Virus record (IMG/VR): IMGVR_UViG_3300028025_001180
Length of the DNA: 50,826 nt
Reading direction: 5' to 3' (one strand)
From: a virus
Lineage: Duplodnaviria; Heunggongvirae; Uroviricota; Caudoviricetes
Part shown: positions 8,246 to 17,771 of the stretch, piece after piece
How the letters are laid out: every line of letters starts with the position of its first letter
Position numbering within the stretch: the stretch's first letter is position 1
The notes under the pieces: model-generated
What the model was told of the DNA's origin: nothing
What the model saw: only the letters and a program-made list of their open reading frames with translations
Databases searched by the model: none
Made by a program: the position numbers and the translations under genes

Positions 8246-9303
8246 GTTTTGAAGATTTAAAACGAGAAGTTCAAGCAGGTCTAGATGGTAGAAACAATGG
8301 TATACCTATGGGCTTTGATAGATTGAACAGATACATTGGCATCAGAAAAGGTATGTACACACTTGTAGGTGGTCTCACTGGATCAGGTAAAACTAGCTTC
8401 ATTGATGATGCTTACGTTTTAAATCCATTTGATTGGTACATTGATAACAAACCTCCAGGGCTGAAGTTACGTGTCATATATCGCTCCATGGAGCGTAGTA
8501 GAACGTACAAGTATGCTAAATGGGTCAGTAGAAAGATATTTCTAGACCAAGGAGTAATTATCCCTGTACCAAAGCTATTAGGTTGGACAGAGAAGATGAC
8601 TAGTGATGAGCACGATCTGTTCTTGATGTATGAAGATTACTTAGAGAACATGAAAGATGTTATTACAATCATTGATGGACCAGAGAACCCAATAGGTATA
8701 GCTAAACAACTAAGAGACCACGCACTAGAGAATGGTGTAATGGAAGATGTAGATCAGTATAACAAAAGATACATTCCTAATAATGAGAATGAACTAACTA
8801 TTGTTGTTATTGATCATATAGGTTTATTGAAACCAACAAAAGACTATCCTACTAAGAAGCAACTGATAGATAAAATGTCAGATGACCTTAGATATGCTAG
8901 AGATATGTATGGTTATAGTCCTGTAGTTGTCAGTCAGTTCAACAGAGACATTTCTAGTCCAATGAGACTAAAGAATGGTGATGTAGAACCACAGTTGGAA
9001 GACTTTGCTGACAGCTCACAGACACAGAACGATGCTGATGTCGTCCTAGCATTATTTGATCCTATGAGATACAAAGTGCAAGACCCATCAGGATATGACC
9101 TGAACAAACTTAGAGATGAGTTTGGTGCAAAGTACTTCAGATCATTGAGACTTATTAAGAACTCATATGGTGAGGACGATGTAAGGATTGGTCTAGGTTT
9201 CCTAGGTCAGATTGGTATGTTCAAAGAGTTACCAAAGATTAAGTATATGAATGAAAACGTATACAATGAGATTATTAATAAAACATTCTTTTTAAACAAA
9301 TAA
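8242..9303 (+). CDS. dnaB: DnaB-like replicative helicase
   Basis: Walker A GLTGSGKTS, SME, VIDHIGLL, VSQFNR, DADVV motifs. Confidence 0.9.
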   Translation: MSFEDLKREVQAGLDGRNNGIPMGFDRLNRYIGIRKGMYTLVGGLTGSGKTSFIDDAYVLNPFDWYIDNKPPGLKLRVIYRSMERSRTYKYAKWVSRKIFLDQGVIIPVPKLLGWTEKMTSDEHDLFLMYEDYLENMKDVITIIDGPENPIGIAKQLRDHALENGVMEDVDQYNKRYIPNNENELTIVVIDHIGLLKPTKDYPTKKQLIDKMSDDLRYARDMYGYSPVVVSQFNRDISSPMRLKNGDVEPQLEDFADSSQTQNDADVVLALFDPMRYKVQDPSGYDLNKLRDEFGAKYFRSLRLIKNSYGEDDVRIGLGFLGQIGMFKELPKIKYMNENVYNEIINKTFFLNK

Positions 9304-9304
9304 C

Positions 9305-9511
9305 ATGAGATTAAACTTCAAAATGTATAATACATTACCCACCAAGAAGAGCCATTGGTGGCAGGTGGTGTTGTTCCCTACAGTCAGTTTGATGAACAAC
9401 ATACAAAAACATGACCCATACGTAGCTGTGAATGCTGAGTATTTGTTCTGGTCAATTACAACAATCATAAGCTATGGCAAAAAAGGTCAACACCCTTACG
9501 TTACGAGATAA
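9305..9511 (+). CDS. hypothetical protein
   Basis: 68 aa in operon context. Confidence 0.6.
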   Translation: MRLNFKMYNTLPTKKSHWWQVVLFPTVSLMNNIQKHDPYVAVNAEYLFWSITTIISYGKKGQHPYVTR

Positions 9512-10568
9512 GAGGCAGCAACAGTTTGCTAAGGTATTTTTAGATCATGAAGAGTCTGGTATTCTTAATTTATGTCCTAGGTTTGGTAAGATATATACAA
9601 CTATCAATATATTGGAGCAATTGCCCAAGGATATTAGTATATTGATTGCCTACCCTGATCTAAAGATTAAATCAGCATGGGAACAAGACTTCTTAACTAG
9701 AAAGTATAAGAATAGCAATATAACTTACACTACTCACTTATCTATTAAAAAGCACACAGAATGCTTTTATGACCTAGTTGTGCTTGATGAGATACATTTA
9801 CTCTCTGAGGCACAAATAGAGGCTGTAAAGGAGCTATGTTGCAAAAGAGTGCTAGGTCTTACAGGAACCTTAGCATCAAATACAGAAGAAACATTAGGAC
9901 TAGAGTTAAAGCTACCAGTTTTAGCTACTTATTCCATAGAACAAGCAATTAAAGAAGGTGTTATCACAGACTATGAAATTAGAGTTATCTCTGTACCTTT
10001 AGATAACAAGGTGGACAACAACTATAAGGGCAAATGGAAAACTGAAAAGAAACAGTTTGATGCTTATGGTTGGGTCATAGATCAGATGGAGAAACAGAGA
10101 AAGAGTACAATGTTCTTACGCTTAGCTAGAATGAGAATTGTTCAAAGCAGTCTTGCAAAACTTAACAAGACTAAAGAACTTCTAGCAAAGCATAAAGACG
10201 AGCGTATTCTAGTATTCTGTGGTGTCACAAAGATTGCAGATGCATTAGGCATTCCTGTATATCATAGCAAAGCAGGTGACAAAGAAGTATTTGAAGACTT
10301 TGCATCTGGTAAAGGTAACCACTTAGCTGTCGTAAAGATAGGTAATACAGGAGTTACATATAAGCCTCTTAATAGAGTGATAATCAATTACTTTGATAGC
10401 AACGCTGAGAATCTTGCACAAAAGATTAATAGATGTATGGCTATGGAGTATAATACACCTGATAAGAAGGCACACATCTACATCATCTGTTCTACAGAAG
10501 AAGTAGAAAAAAAATGGCTTAGAAAAGCATTAGAATTTTTTGACAGTAAAAAAATAGCATATTTATGA
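9474..10568 (+). CDS. superfamily 2 (DExH) helicase
   Basis: motif I PRFGK, motif II VLDEIH, motif III LTGT, second RecA domain; motif VI atypical (QKINR). Confidence 0.85.
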   Translation: MAKKVNTLTLRDKRQQQFAKVFLDHEESGILNLCPRFGKIYTTINILEQLPKDISILIAYPDLKIKSAWEQDFLTRKYKNSNITYTTHLSIKKHTECFYDLVVLDEIHLLSEAQIEAVKELCCKRVLGLTGTLASNTEETLGLELKLPVLATYSIEQAIKEGVITDYEIRVISVPLDNKVDNNYKGKWKTEKKQFDAYGWVIDQMEKQRKSTMFLRLARMRIVQSSLAKLNKTKELLAKHKDERILVFCGVTKIADALGIPVYHSKAGDKEVFEDFASGKGNHLAVVKIGNTGVTYKPLNRVIINYFDSNAENLAQKINRCMAMEYNTPDKKAHIYIICSTEEVEKKWLRKALEFFDSKKIAYL

Positions 10569-10777
10569 AATTAGAATTATTACAAGAAAACAATCCAGGA
10601 AATGGTACAATGTACGCAGTGAAAGCAGATGATTACACAATCAGATGGTTTGCTCACTTAGAGTCTGCAGAAAAGTTTTATAATGAAATTATAACTGATC
10701 CAAATGTGTTAAAAAAACAAGTAATTATTTTGAAATCTCAAGAGATTGATTTACCTTTGGAGGAAACAAATCAGTAA
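10565..10777 (+). CDS. hypothetical protein
   Basis: 70 aa, ATGA overlap. Confidence 0.7.
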   Translation: MKLELLQENNPGNGTMYAVKADDYTIRWFAHLESAEKFYNEIITDPNVLKKQVIILKSQEIDLPLEETNQ

Positions 10778-10782
10778 AAAAC

Positions 10783-11454
10783 ATGGCAAGCAAATTAATT
10801 GGAATTGTTGGTGCTACAGGCACTGGCAAATCAACATCAGTGAAACATTTAGATCCCAAAGAGACTTACATCATCAATGTTGCTAAGAAAGAATTACCTT
10901 TCAAAGGAGCAGAGAAGTTGTACAATTCAGAGAGTAAAAACTACAAAGAAGTTGATGATGCAAATGAAATTACACGTTTACTACGTACAATTTCAGAGAA
11001 AGCACCACACATCAAAAACATCATTATTGAAGACTCTAATTACATTATGGGATTCAATATGTTGGCAAGAGCTACAGAAGTAGGATTCACTAAATTTACC
11101 ATTATGGCTAAAGATATGGTGGAACTATTTAGAGAAGCTAGAAGATTACGTGATAATTTAAAAGTGTTCTATTTTACACATCCTGAGACTATTGAAGATG
11201 GTGGTGAGATTATAGGATATAAAATCAAAACAGCAGGTAAGTTAATTGATAACCAAATTGTGTTAGAAGGTTTACTTACAGTGTGTTTATACACACACGT
11301 GGAAGAGAGCAAAGATGGCTCAGCCACATATAATTTTGTAACTAATAGATTTAAGAAGTATCCAGCAAAGAGTCCTGATGGAATGTTTGCAGATATCAAG
11401 ATACCTAACAACTTACAACAAGTAGTCAATTCAATTGACGAATATTACAATTAA
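10783..11454 (+). CDS. AAA_24 / Sak4-like P-loop ATPase (recombination)
   Basis: GATGTGKST, IIIEDS, THPE, KIKTAGK, KSPDGMF. Confidence 0.85.
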   Translation: MASKLIGIVGATGTGKSTSVKHLDPKETYIINVAKKELPFKGAEKLYNSESKNYKEVDDANEITRLLRTISEKAPHIKNIIIEDSNYIMGFNMLARATEVGFTKFTIMAKDMVELFREARRLRDNLKVFYFTHPETIEDGGEIIGYKIKTAGKLIDNQIVLEGLLTVCLYTHVEESKDGSATYNFVTNRFKKYPAKSPDGMFADIKIPNNLQQVVNSIDEYYN

Positions 11455-11475
11455 TAAACATTAAAATCAGAAAAA

Positions 11476-12351
11476 ATGAGTAACATTGGAGGAGAAAAAA
11501 GAGAAAACCCAGTATTTGAATCAGAAGGATTTGCCAAAAAGGTAGGTCTATTCGAAGCAAAAGTAATTGCAGTGAATCCAACAATAGAGGAGTATGCTGA
11601 TGTCTTAGGTAGAGAGTTAAAAGAAGACAGCAAAGCTACTAACTATTTAGGTACAAGTAAAGATGGCAATGCTAGATTACGTATTGACTTTTGGTTAGAA
11701 GAAGTTAAATCAAGAGACAAGTACAAATTAACTTTCTTTATTGAGAACAAAGAGAAAGAAAACAAAGATGGCACAAAGAAACAATATATCAACAATGTAG
11801 GACGTTGTACATGGGCAGACAGTCCAAACAACTTACCAACATGGTTCAAAGAAAGAGAGAATCGTGTAGCATTTGTTGGTGAAGAAGACTTATATAATTT
11901 CTTACGCTCTTGGTTAAGTAACATTGACTTTAGCAGTAAGAAATCTACATTACAATTAGAATTCAACAAGTTGATTAAGGGTAATGTTAAAGAACTTAAT
12001 GAGCAAATCAATGGTGAGTGGGCTAACAACATTGTAGCCTTAGCTACCATCTCTACACAAGAGAAAGAAGATGGTGTAAAAGAGTTCCAGAATGTATATA
12101 ACAAAGCATTCTTACCTCCATATAGCATCAAAGCTTTCAGATTGGTAGATTACAACAGAGCTGACTCAGTTAGTGCTTTACGTCAGAAGTCTTCTAAAGA
12201 CTTAAAACCTCATGAGCGTTTTGTATTAAACGTAATAGGTGAGTATGGCTGTAAAGACTATTATACATTTAAAGAGTTGAAAGAATATAGTTCTGACGAC
12301 AATCTAGTAGCATCTGACAAAGTTATGGAAGATGATGACAGTGATTTTTAG
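11476..12351 (+). CDS. putative single-stranded DNA-binding protein
   Basis: position between AAA_24 and primase, beta-rich N-terminus, acidic tail EDDDSDF. Confidence 0.55.
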   Translation: MSNIGGEKRENPVFESEGFAKKVGLFEAKVIAVNPTIEEYADVLGRELKEDSKATNYLGTSKDGNARLRIDFWLEEVKSRDKYKLTFFIENKEKENKDGTKKQYINNVGRCTWADSPNNLPTWFKERENRVAFVGEEDLYNFLRSWLSNIDFSSKKSTLQLEFNKLIKGNVKELNEQINGEWANNIVALATISTQEKEDGVKEFQNVYNKAFLPPYSIKAFRLVDYNRADSVSALRQKSSKDLKPHERFVLNVIGEYGCKDYYTFKELKEYSSDDNLVASDKVMEDDDSDF

Positions 12352-12374
12352 TGTGTCCCCTCTAAAATAGAATT

Positions 12375-12398
12375 GGCCTCACACTTGTGGGGCCTTTT
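12375..12398 (+). terminator. intrinsic terminator
   Basis: GGCCTCAC-ACTT-GTGGGGCC-TTTT. Confidence 0.8.
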
Positions 12399-12413
12399 CA
12401 TTAACCCTATATT

Positions 12414-13418
12414 ATGATTAGTGGAGAAAGAAAAGTAAAGATATCAATAGATGCTATTCTAAGCAGGATATCAGAGTATGATATATTTAGATATTATATG
12501 CCTCATCAAGACTGGAGGATTAATAGGGTGACCTATTCTCCATTCAGACATGAGAACAATCCATCCTTTATGATTGGTAACAAGTTAGGCTATCTGTCAT
12601 TTATAGACTATGCTGATACTAGTAAACGTGGTGATTGTTTTAACTTTGTTCAGACATTACATAACCTTCCTAGTACAAGTGACACTTTGAAGATGATAGA
12701 TAGAGACTTTGGTCTTGGTCTGTCTACAGGTGTGATGACAGGCGAGTATAAGAAGATTATATCTGAGTACAAACAACCTGAAATAGAGAAGAGATACTCT
12801 CTCATCCAAGTTAAGGTTAGAAAGTTTACACAAGATGAATTGGACTATTGGGCCCAGTATCACCAGGACATACAAGACCTTAGAGATAACAATGTCTATT
12901 CTATCAAAGAACTCTATCTTAACAAACAAAGGTTCCCATTAGGAGAGAATGAACTCAGGTTTGGTTATCTCTATGAGGGACAGTATTGGAAGATATACAG
13001 ACCATTTGCTGATAAGAAACACAAATGGATGCCTAACAATGTACCTATCACAGCAATGGATGGTAAAGAGAACATAAAGAACTGCAGCGTAGCATTCATC
13101 AACAAGAGTAAAAAAGACTTTATGGTGATGAAGAAGTTATTCCCCTGCAGCTGTGCTGTCCAGAATGAAGGTCTTGGATGTTTCTCACATGAGAATGTAG
13201 AATATCTAAAGGCTAACTCTGACAGACAAATCCTTAGCTTTGATGCTGATGATGTTGGTGTACAGAATTCAAAGCAGATAACAGATATGTTTGACTTTGA
13301 ATATACTAACGTCCCACGTCAGTATTTAGCAGAAGGTATTAAAGATTGGGCAGATCTTGCAAAAGCTCATGGATTAAAAGTAATTGAAGATTATTTAAAA
13401 AGTAAACAAATTTTATGA
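12414..13418 (+). CDS. dnaG: DNA primase (DnaG-like, crAss-type)
   Basis: degenerate Zn-binding domain SPFRHENNPSF...GDCFNFV; TOPRIM FDADDVG; KDWAD. Confidence 0.8.
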   Translation: MISGERKVKISIDAILSRISEYDIFRYYMPHQDWRINRVTYSPFRHENNPSFMIGNKLGYLSFIDYADTSKRGDCFNFVQTLHNLPSTSDTLKMIDRDFGLGLSTGVMTGEYKKIISEYKQPEIEKRYSLIQVKVRKFTQDELDYWAQYHQDIQDLRDNNVYSIKELYLNKQRFPLGENELRFGYLYEGQYWKIYRPFADKKHKWMPNNVPITAMDGKENIKNCSVAFINKSKKDFMVMKKLFPCSCAVQNEGLGCFSHENVEYLKANSDRQILSFDADDVGVQNSKQITDMFDFEYTNVPRQYLAEGIKDWADLAKAHGLKVIEDYLKSKQIL

Positions 13419-13576
13419 CAATAGAAGATTTAAAACAAGCTATTCAAGATCACGTAGAGTGGTTTGAAACCACTGAAGGTGATGATTTGGAATGCATAGG
13501 TATAGAAAACTTAGAAGGTATACTATCTGAATATTTAAAAACTGAAATTAAATTATCATTAAATGGAGACGTTTAA
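13415..13576 (+). CDS. small acidic hypothetical protein (not in ORF track)
   Basis: 53 aa MTIEDLKQAIQDHVEWF...LNGDV, ATGA overlap with the primase stop. Confidence 0.6.
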   Translation: MTIEDLKQAIQDHVEWFETTEGDDLECIGIENLEGILSEYLKTEIKLSLNGDV

Positions 13577-14324
13577 CACAACAAAAGCCCTGATAATGGG
13601 CACACCAGTTCCAGTACAAACACGTACATATAAGCCAGTTAGCCACTCATCATTGATTGACTTAACATTAAACAGTATTGAGAAAGCAGGATTTAAGTTA
13701 GACAAAGAAACTTACTCTTCTGCAGTGGATGGTCAGATTGCTAATGGTAGATTCTCTATCAGCAATGTTGCAGACAGTGAGATGCAATTACAGATTGGTT
13801 GGCAGAATAGCTACAACAAGCAGCTTACATTGAAGTTTGCTATTGGTACACGTATATTAGTATGTTCTAATGGTTGTGTGTCAGGTGACTTTGGTGCATT
13901 CAAAAGAAAGCATGTAGGTGAGATTCAATCATTTACACCAGGTGCTATTATTGACTACATTGCACAAGCAGGAGAAGCATTTACACTTATGCAACAGCAA
14001 AGAGAGTCTATGAAGCAAATAGAAATCACTAAGCGTACCAAAGCTGAGTTAGTTGGTAGAATGATGCTAGAAGAGCAGTTCATTACATCTACACAGTTAA
14101 ACATCATTAGTAGAGAGTTGAAAGCCCCTACACATGATTACAATGCTAAGGATAGTTTATGGGAGTTGTACAACTATACAACATTTGCTATGAAAGAATC
14201 TCATCCAGCTCAGTGGATGGAAAGTCATATCAAAGCACATGCGTTCTTTAATGACTATTCACATTACGTATCAGGACCATGGGAAGCTCAAGAAGCAACA
14301 TTTAATCAATTATCAATATTTTAA
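13563..14324 (+). CDS. DUF932/DUF945-like phage/plasmid protein
   Basis: YKPVSH..LID, NSYNK...F..G.R.LVCSNG motifs. Confidence 0.75.
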   Translation: METFNTTKALIMGTPVPVQTRTYKPVSHSSLIDLTLNSIEKAGFKLDKETYSSAVDGQIANGRFSISNVADSEMQLQIGWQNSYNKQLTLKFAIGTRILVCSNGCVSGDFGAFKRKHVGEIQSFTPGAIIDYIAQAGEAFTLMQQQRESMKQIEITKRTKAELVGRMMLEEQFITSTQLNIISRELKAPTHDYNAKDSLWELYNYTTFAMKESHPAQWMESHIKAHAFFNDYSHYVSGPWEAQEATFNQLSIF

Positions 14325-14325
14325 C

Positions 14326-15042
14326 ATGAATTGGGAGAAATTTAAAGATCAGTTTCATCCTTCTTGGCATAGGTTTATGCAACCTTTTATTGAAAGTGAA
14401 GCATGCGATAAGATTTATAAATATCTCAAATCTGAAAGTCAGAGGGGCAAAAAGATTGCTCCTCTCTCTCAGAATGTTTATAGATGTTTCTATGAAACAC
14501 CCTATGATGAGCTGAAAGTGATTATGATAGGCATGTGTCCTTATCACTCTATGAAGAATGGAGAATATGTGGCAGATGGTCTTCTAATGGGTTGCTCTAC
14601 GACAGGCATATTACAGCCTTCTCTGCAAAAGTTTTACGATGGTGTAGAGAAAGAGTTTTATGCTGGTCTGTGTGTAACATGCGACAGATCACCAGACATA
14701 TCATTCCTAGCTAAGCAGGGTGTGTTGATGTATAACGCAGCTTTGACTACAGAAATTAATAAAGCAGGCTCTCACATTGATTTATGGGAACCTTTTACTA
14801 AGTATCTTTTAGAAGAAGTGTTGGCAACAACAGGAGCACCTGTAATCTTCCTAGGTAAGGACGCAGCTAAATATCAAAAGTATATTGCTCCATTCACATG
14901 GAACTTTACACTAAGTCATCCAGCCAGTGCTTCTTATAAGCAGACTGATTGGGACACAGAAGGAGTATTTACAAAGGTAAATACAATATTAAAAGAAAAC
15001 AATAACACATCAATAGATTGGTTATTAGATACACCATTTTAA
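14326..15042 (+). CDS. ung: uracil-DNA glycosylase family 1-like, catalytic Asp replaced
   Basis: KVIMIGMCPY (cf. GQDPY), ADGL, LMYN (cf. LLLN), FLGK.A, SHPAS; start MNWEKF at 14326. Confidence 0.85.
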   Translation: MNWEKFKDQFHPSWHRFMQPFIESEACDKIYKYLKSESQRGKKIAPLSQNVYRCFYETPYDELKVIMIGMCPYHSMKNGEYVADGLLMGCSTTGILQPSLQKFYDGVEKEFYAGLCVTCDRSPDISFLAKQGVLMYNAALTTEINKAGSHIDLWEPFTKYLLEEVLATTGAPVIFLGKDAAKYQKYIAPFTWNFTLSHPASASYKQTDWDTEGVFTKVNTILKENNNTSIDWLLDTPF

Positions 15043-15052
15043 AAACACAATT

Positions 15053-15409
15053 ATGTATACAGTTAAACATGGAGGAGACATCCACAAAGGAGATTTAATA
15101 GCAGTAAGTAATAGTAATGACTTCACTGTTGGTATTTATTTTGGTAGAGGTTCAGGTGGTACAGTTCAATATTATAGATATAGTACTCCTGGATATTGTA
15201 AACAACGTCATGAAGAAAGAGTAAAGAAACTTGGCGAAGCAGCAGGACAGTTTACAATTAAACATCTTTGGAAAGACTTTTTAAATACACCAAGAGATAC
15301 TAGAGTTCTTAAATTAAACAGAGATAACATTACAGATCAAAAGACAATAGAAACAATACTAGAAGCAAAAGAAATACTAAAAGAATTCAACATAGAAGTA
15401 AACTACTAG
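15053..15409 (+). CDS. hypothetical protein
   Basis: 118 aa, A/C-rich leader. Confidence 0.8.
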   Translation: MYTVKHGGDIHKGDLIAVSNSNDFTVGIYFGRGSGGTVQYYRYSTPGYCKQRHEERVKKLGEAAGQFTIKHLWKDFLNTPRDTRVLKLNRDNITDQKTIETILEAKEILKEFNIEVNY

Positions 15410-15413
15410 ACAC

Positions 15414-17759
15414 ATGATACTCGAAAAACAAACAGAATCACACATCCTTCAAGAAGGAACTACACAGGAAACTGTGAAAATGTCACTAGACTTAGATTCT
15501 GCACAAGTATTGATGCAGATGTTAAGTAAGAATCTATATTCAGATTCAATAGGCTCTACTATCAGAGAATGTGCATCTAATGCACTAGATAGTCACAGAA
15601 GAGCTGGAAGTGACAAGCCTATTATTGTTTCATTCAAAAGAAACAGTCAGGCAGATACATATGAATTTGCTGTTGAAGACTTTGGTATTGGTTTAGATGA
15701 TAGTGATGTAATTAACATTATCAGTAAGTATGGTAAGTCAACCAAGCGAGACAGTAACACAGAATTAGGCATGATGGGTCTTGGTTTCAAGGCTCCATTA
15801 GCATATAGCTCTAGCTTCTACTTTGTAGCTAGAAAAGATTTTATGGAACGTAAGTATATGATGTACGAAGGAGAAGATGCAAACAGTATTGACCTTTTGT
15901 ATGAGAAGCCTACAGCAGAACCAAATGGTGTAAAGGTGATTGTTCCAGTGAACTATTCTGATAGATATAGTTTTACTAGTAAAATCAAAGAGCAATTAGC
16001 TTATTTTGAGAATGTTTATTTTGAGGTGGACAGCTCATGGGGAAGAGTGGATAATGATTTCATAATTCACAGAGCAGAACACTTCCAATACTCTAGCTTA
16101 GCTCAAAACAATGACATGCATCTTTGCTTGGACAATGTTAGTTATCCTATTGATTGGGATAAACTTGGTATAAGCAGAATAGGTATCAAAATGGCTTTGA
16201 GATTCAGTCTTAGTGATGGATTGTTTCCTACACCAAACAGAGAAGCTCTTAGATATACACAAGAAGCCAAAGAGACTATTCTTAAGAAGATAGCTATGGT
16301 AGCTGATGTATTTATGGAAAAGTTTAATGAAGCAATCACTACACAAAGTGATATCAAAGCTATTATGCAATTCTATAGCAAAAACAATAAGCATATCAAG
16401 TCTTGGTACAAGGGTACAGACGATGATGTTTGTATAGATGATCTTGTAAGACATTCTTCTATACCTGTAGCACAGCCTAAACTAGACAACATAAAGTTGT
16501 TGAACTTAGAAAGACTTGCTGTAAAAGCTAAGGAATATATTCTTGCTGAATACAAGTTTAAATATAGATTTAGTGGTAAGTTTCAGAACATGAAAAGCTA
16601 TTATCATGAGTATCTAAGAATATCAGACTTTACAAGTTATAACTTTGGTGGTGTATACATTTATGAGAATGAACTTTCTAAAGGTAAACAAGACTATCTA
16701 AGAACTATTCTACCAGATAACAAACAAATATATTTTGTTAAGAAATCACCATTTAAACTTAAAAGTAAGGGTGGTTCTGTTGATTATGCTAAGTATTATG
16801 ACTCTGTATTGAACTTATCAATGTATCCTAAAGCTCAATGGAGACAGCTTATTCAAGAGTTCCAATATGTAGTGGGACTGTATGCTAAAGACTTTATAGA
16901 TGTAGATGCTATTGAGGTGCCACAATCATTCAAGGATGCTCAGAAAGCTAAGAGACTGAAGATAACAGTTGCATCAGTGCAAGGTCCTAAGAAGATAAGA
17001 ATGAAGGGTGAATTCTCTGGTAAGATAGGTACAAAGATGGAAGTGCATCTATCTGATCAATATTGTAAGTTTGTTCCTACCACGTTTAAAATGGAAATGA
17101 TCCATCAAAGATCTACATTAAACGTTTATGCTAAAGAAGCTGATAAGAAGAAAATGGACAATGCTTGGTCTTGTTTTAATAAACATGCAGTGTTTGTATT
17201 AGTTGCCCAAGCAACATTTGACAACTTACAGAAAGCAGATTTACATAATTGGATAACACTAGATAAATTTATGGAAGGTAAAAACAGACCATTTAAGACA
17301 ATAGCTACAGAGTTTCTAATCAGTGATTTAATTGCAACTTACAAAGATACATTTAAAAGAATCAATGTAGTTAGAGAGATATCTAATGATTTAGGAGATA
17401 AATTACAAACATTGTGGGATTATCATAATAGTCAGTATAGAAGCTATTGTGATGATGCAACTAAGGCTGCAGTTATAGAACATGCTAAAGCAAACAATTT
17501 GTTTGACCAACCTACATATTTAGTGTATAAACAGGTTAATGAAGTGTTTATTAAGTTACCATTCTTAAATGCAATATTAGAAACAATGGGTTATCGTGAG
17601 TCTAAAAAGGATAGTCCAATGATGACAGCTATAGCTGATCTATTTAAGTATCACAAGCATAAAGTTAATTTAGAGCATTATAAAATCAAATTAACAGAAG
17701 ATGCTCCTTTAGAGGAGACATTGACACAAGACACAATTGAAGAATTACAAACAATTTAA
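15414..17759 (+). CDS. rIIA: rIIA-like protein with GHKL/MORC ATPase domain
   Basis: IRECASNALDS, EDFGIGL, GMMGLGFK, LFPTPNREAL; adjacent to rIIB. Confidence 0.85.
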   Translation: MILEKQTESHILQEGTTQETVKMSLDLDSAQVLMQMLSKNLYSDSIGSTIRECASNALDSHRRAGSDKPIIVSFKRNSQADTYEFAVEDFGIGLDDSDVINIISKYGKSTKRDSNTELGMMGLGFKAPLAYSSSFYFVARKDFMERKYMMYEGEDANSIDLLYEKPTAEPNGVKVIVPVNYSDRYSFTSKIKEQLAYFENVYFEVDSSWGRVDNDFIIHRAEHFQYSSLAQNNDMHLCLDNVSYPIDWDKLGISRIGIKMALRFSLSDGLFPTPNREALRYTQEAKETILKKIAMVADVFMEKFNEAITTQSDIKAIMQFYSKNNKHIKSWYKGTDDDVCIDDLVRHSSIPVAQPKLDNIKLLNLERLAVKAKEYILAEYKFKYRFSGKFQNMKSYYHEYLRISDFTSYNFGGVYIYENELSKGKQDYLRTILPDNKQIYFVKKSPFKLKSKGGSVDYAKYYDSVLNLSMYPKAQWRQLIQEFQYVVGLYAKDFIDVDAIEVPQSFKDAQKAKRLKITVASVQGPKKIRMKGEFSGKIGTKMEVHLSDQYCKFVPTTFKMEMIHQRSTLNVYAKEADKKKMDNAWSCFNKHAVFVLVAQATFDNLQKADLHNWITLDKFMEGKNRPFKTIATEFLISDLIATYKDTFKRINVVREISNDLGDKLQTLWDYHNSQYRSYCDDATKAAVIEHAKANNLFDQPTYLVYKQVNEVFIKLPFLNAILETMGYRESKKDSPMMTAIADLFKYHKHKVNLEHYKIKLTEDAPLEETLTQDTIEELQTI

Positions 17760-17771
17760 AAAAGCAAAAAC

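Noticed and set aside
12414-13418. Primase as a pseudogene because it lacks CxxH/CxxC and EGxxD
   Set aside because: The ORF is intact with TOPRIM DxD; such degeneracy is typical of crAss-type primases.
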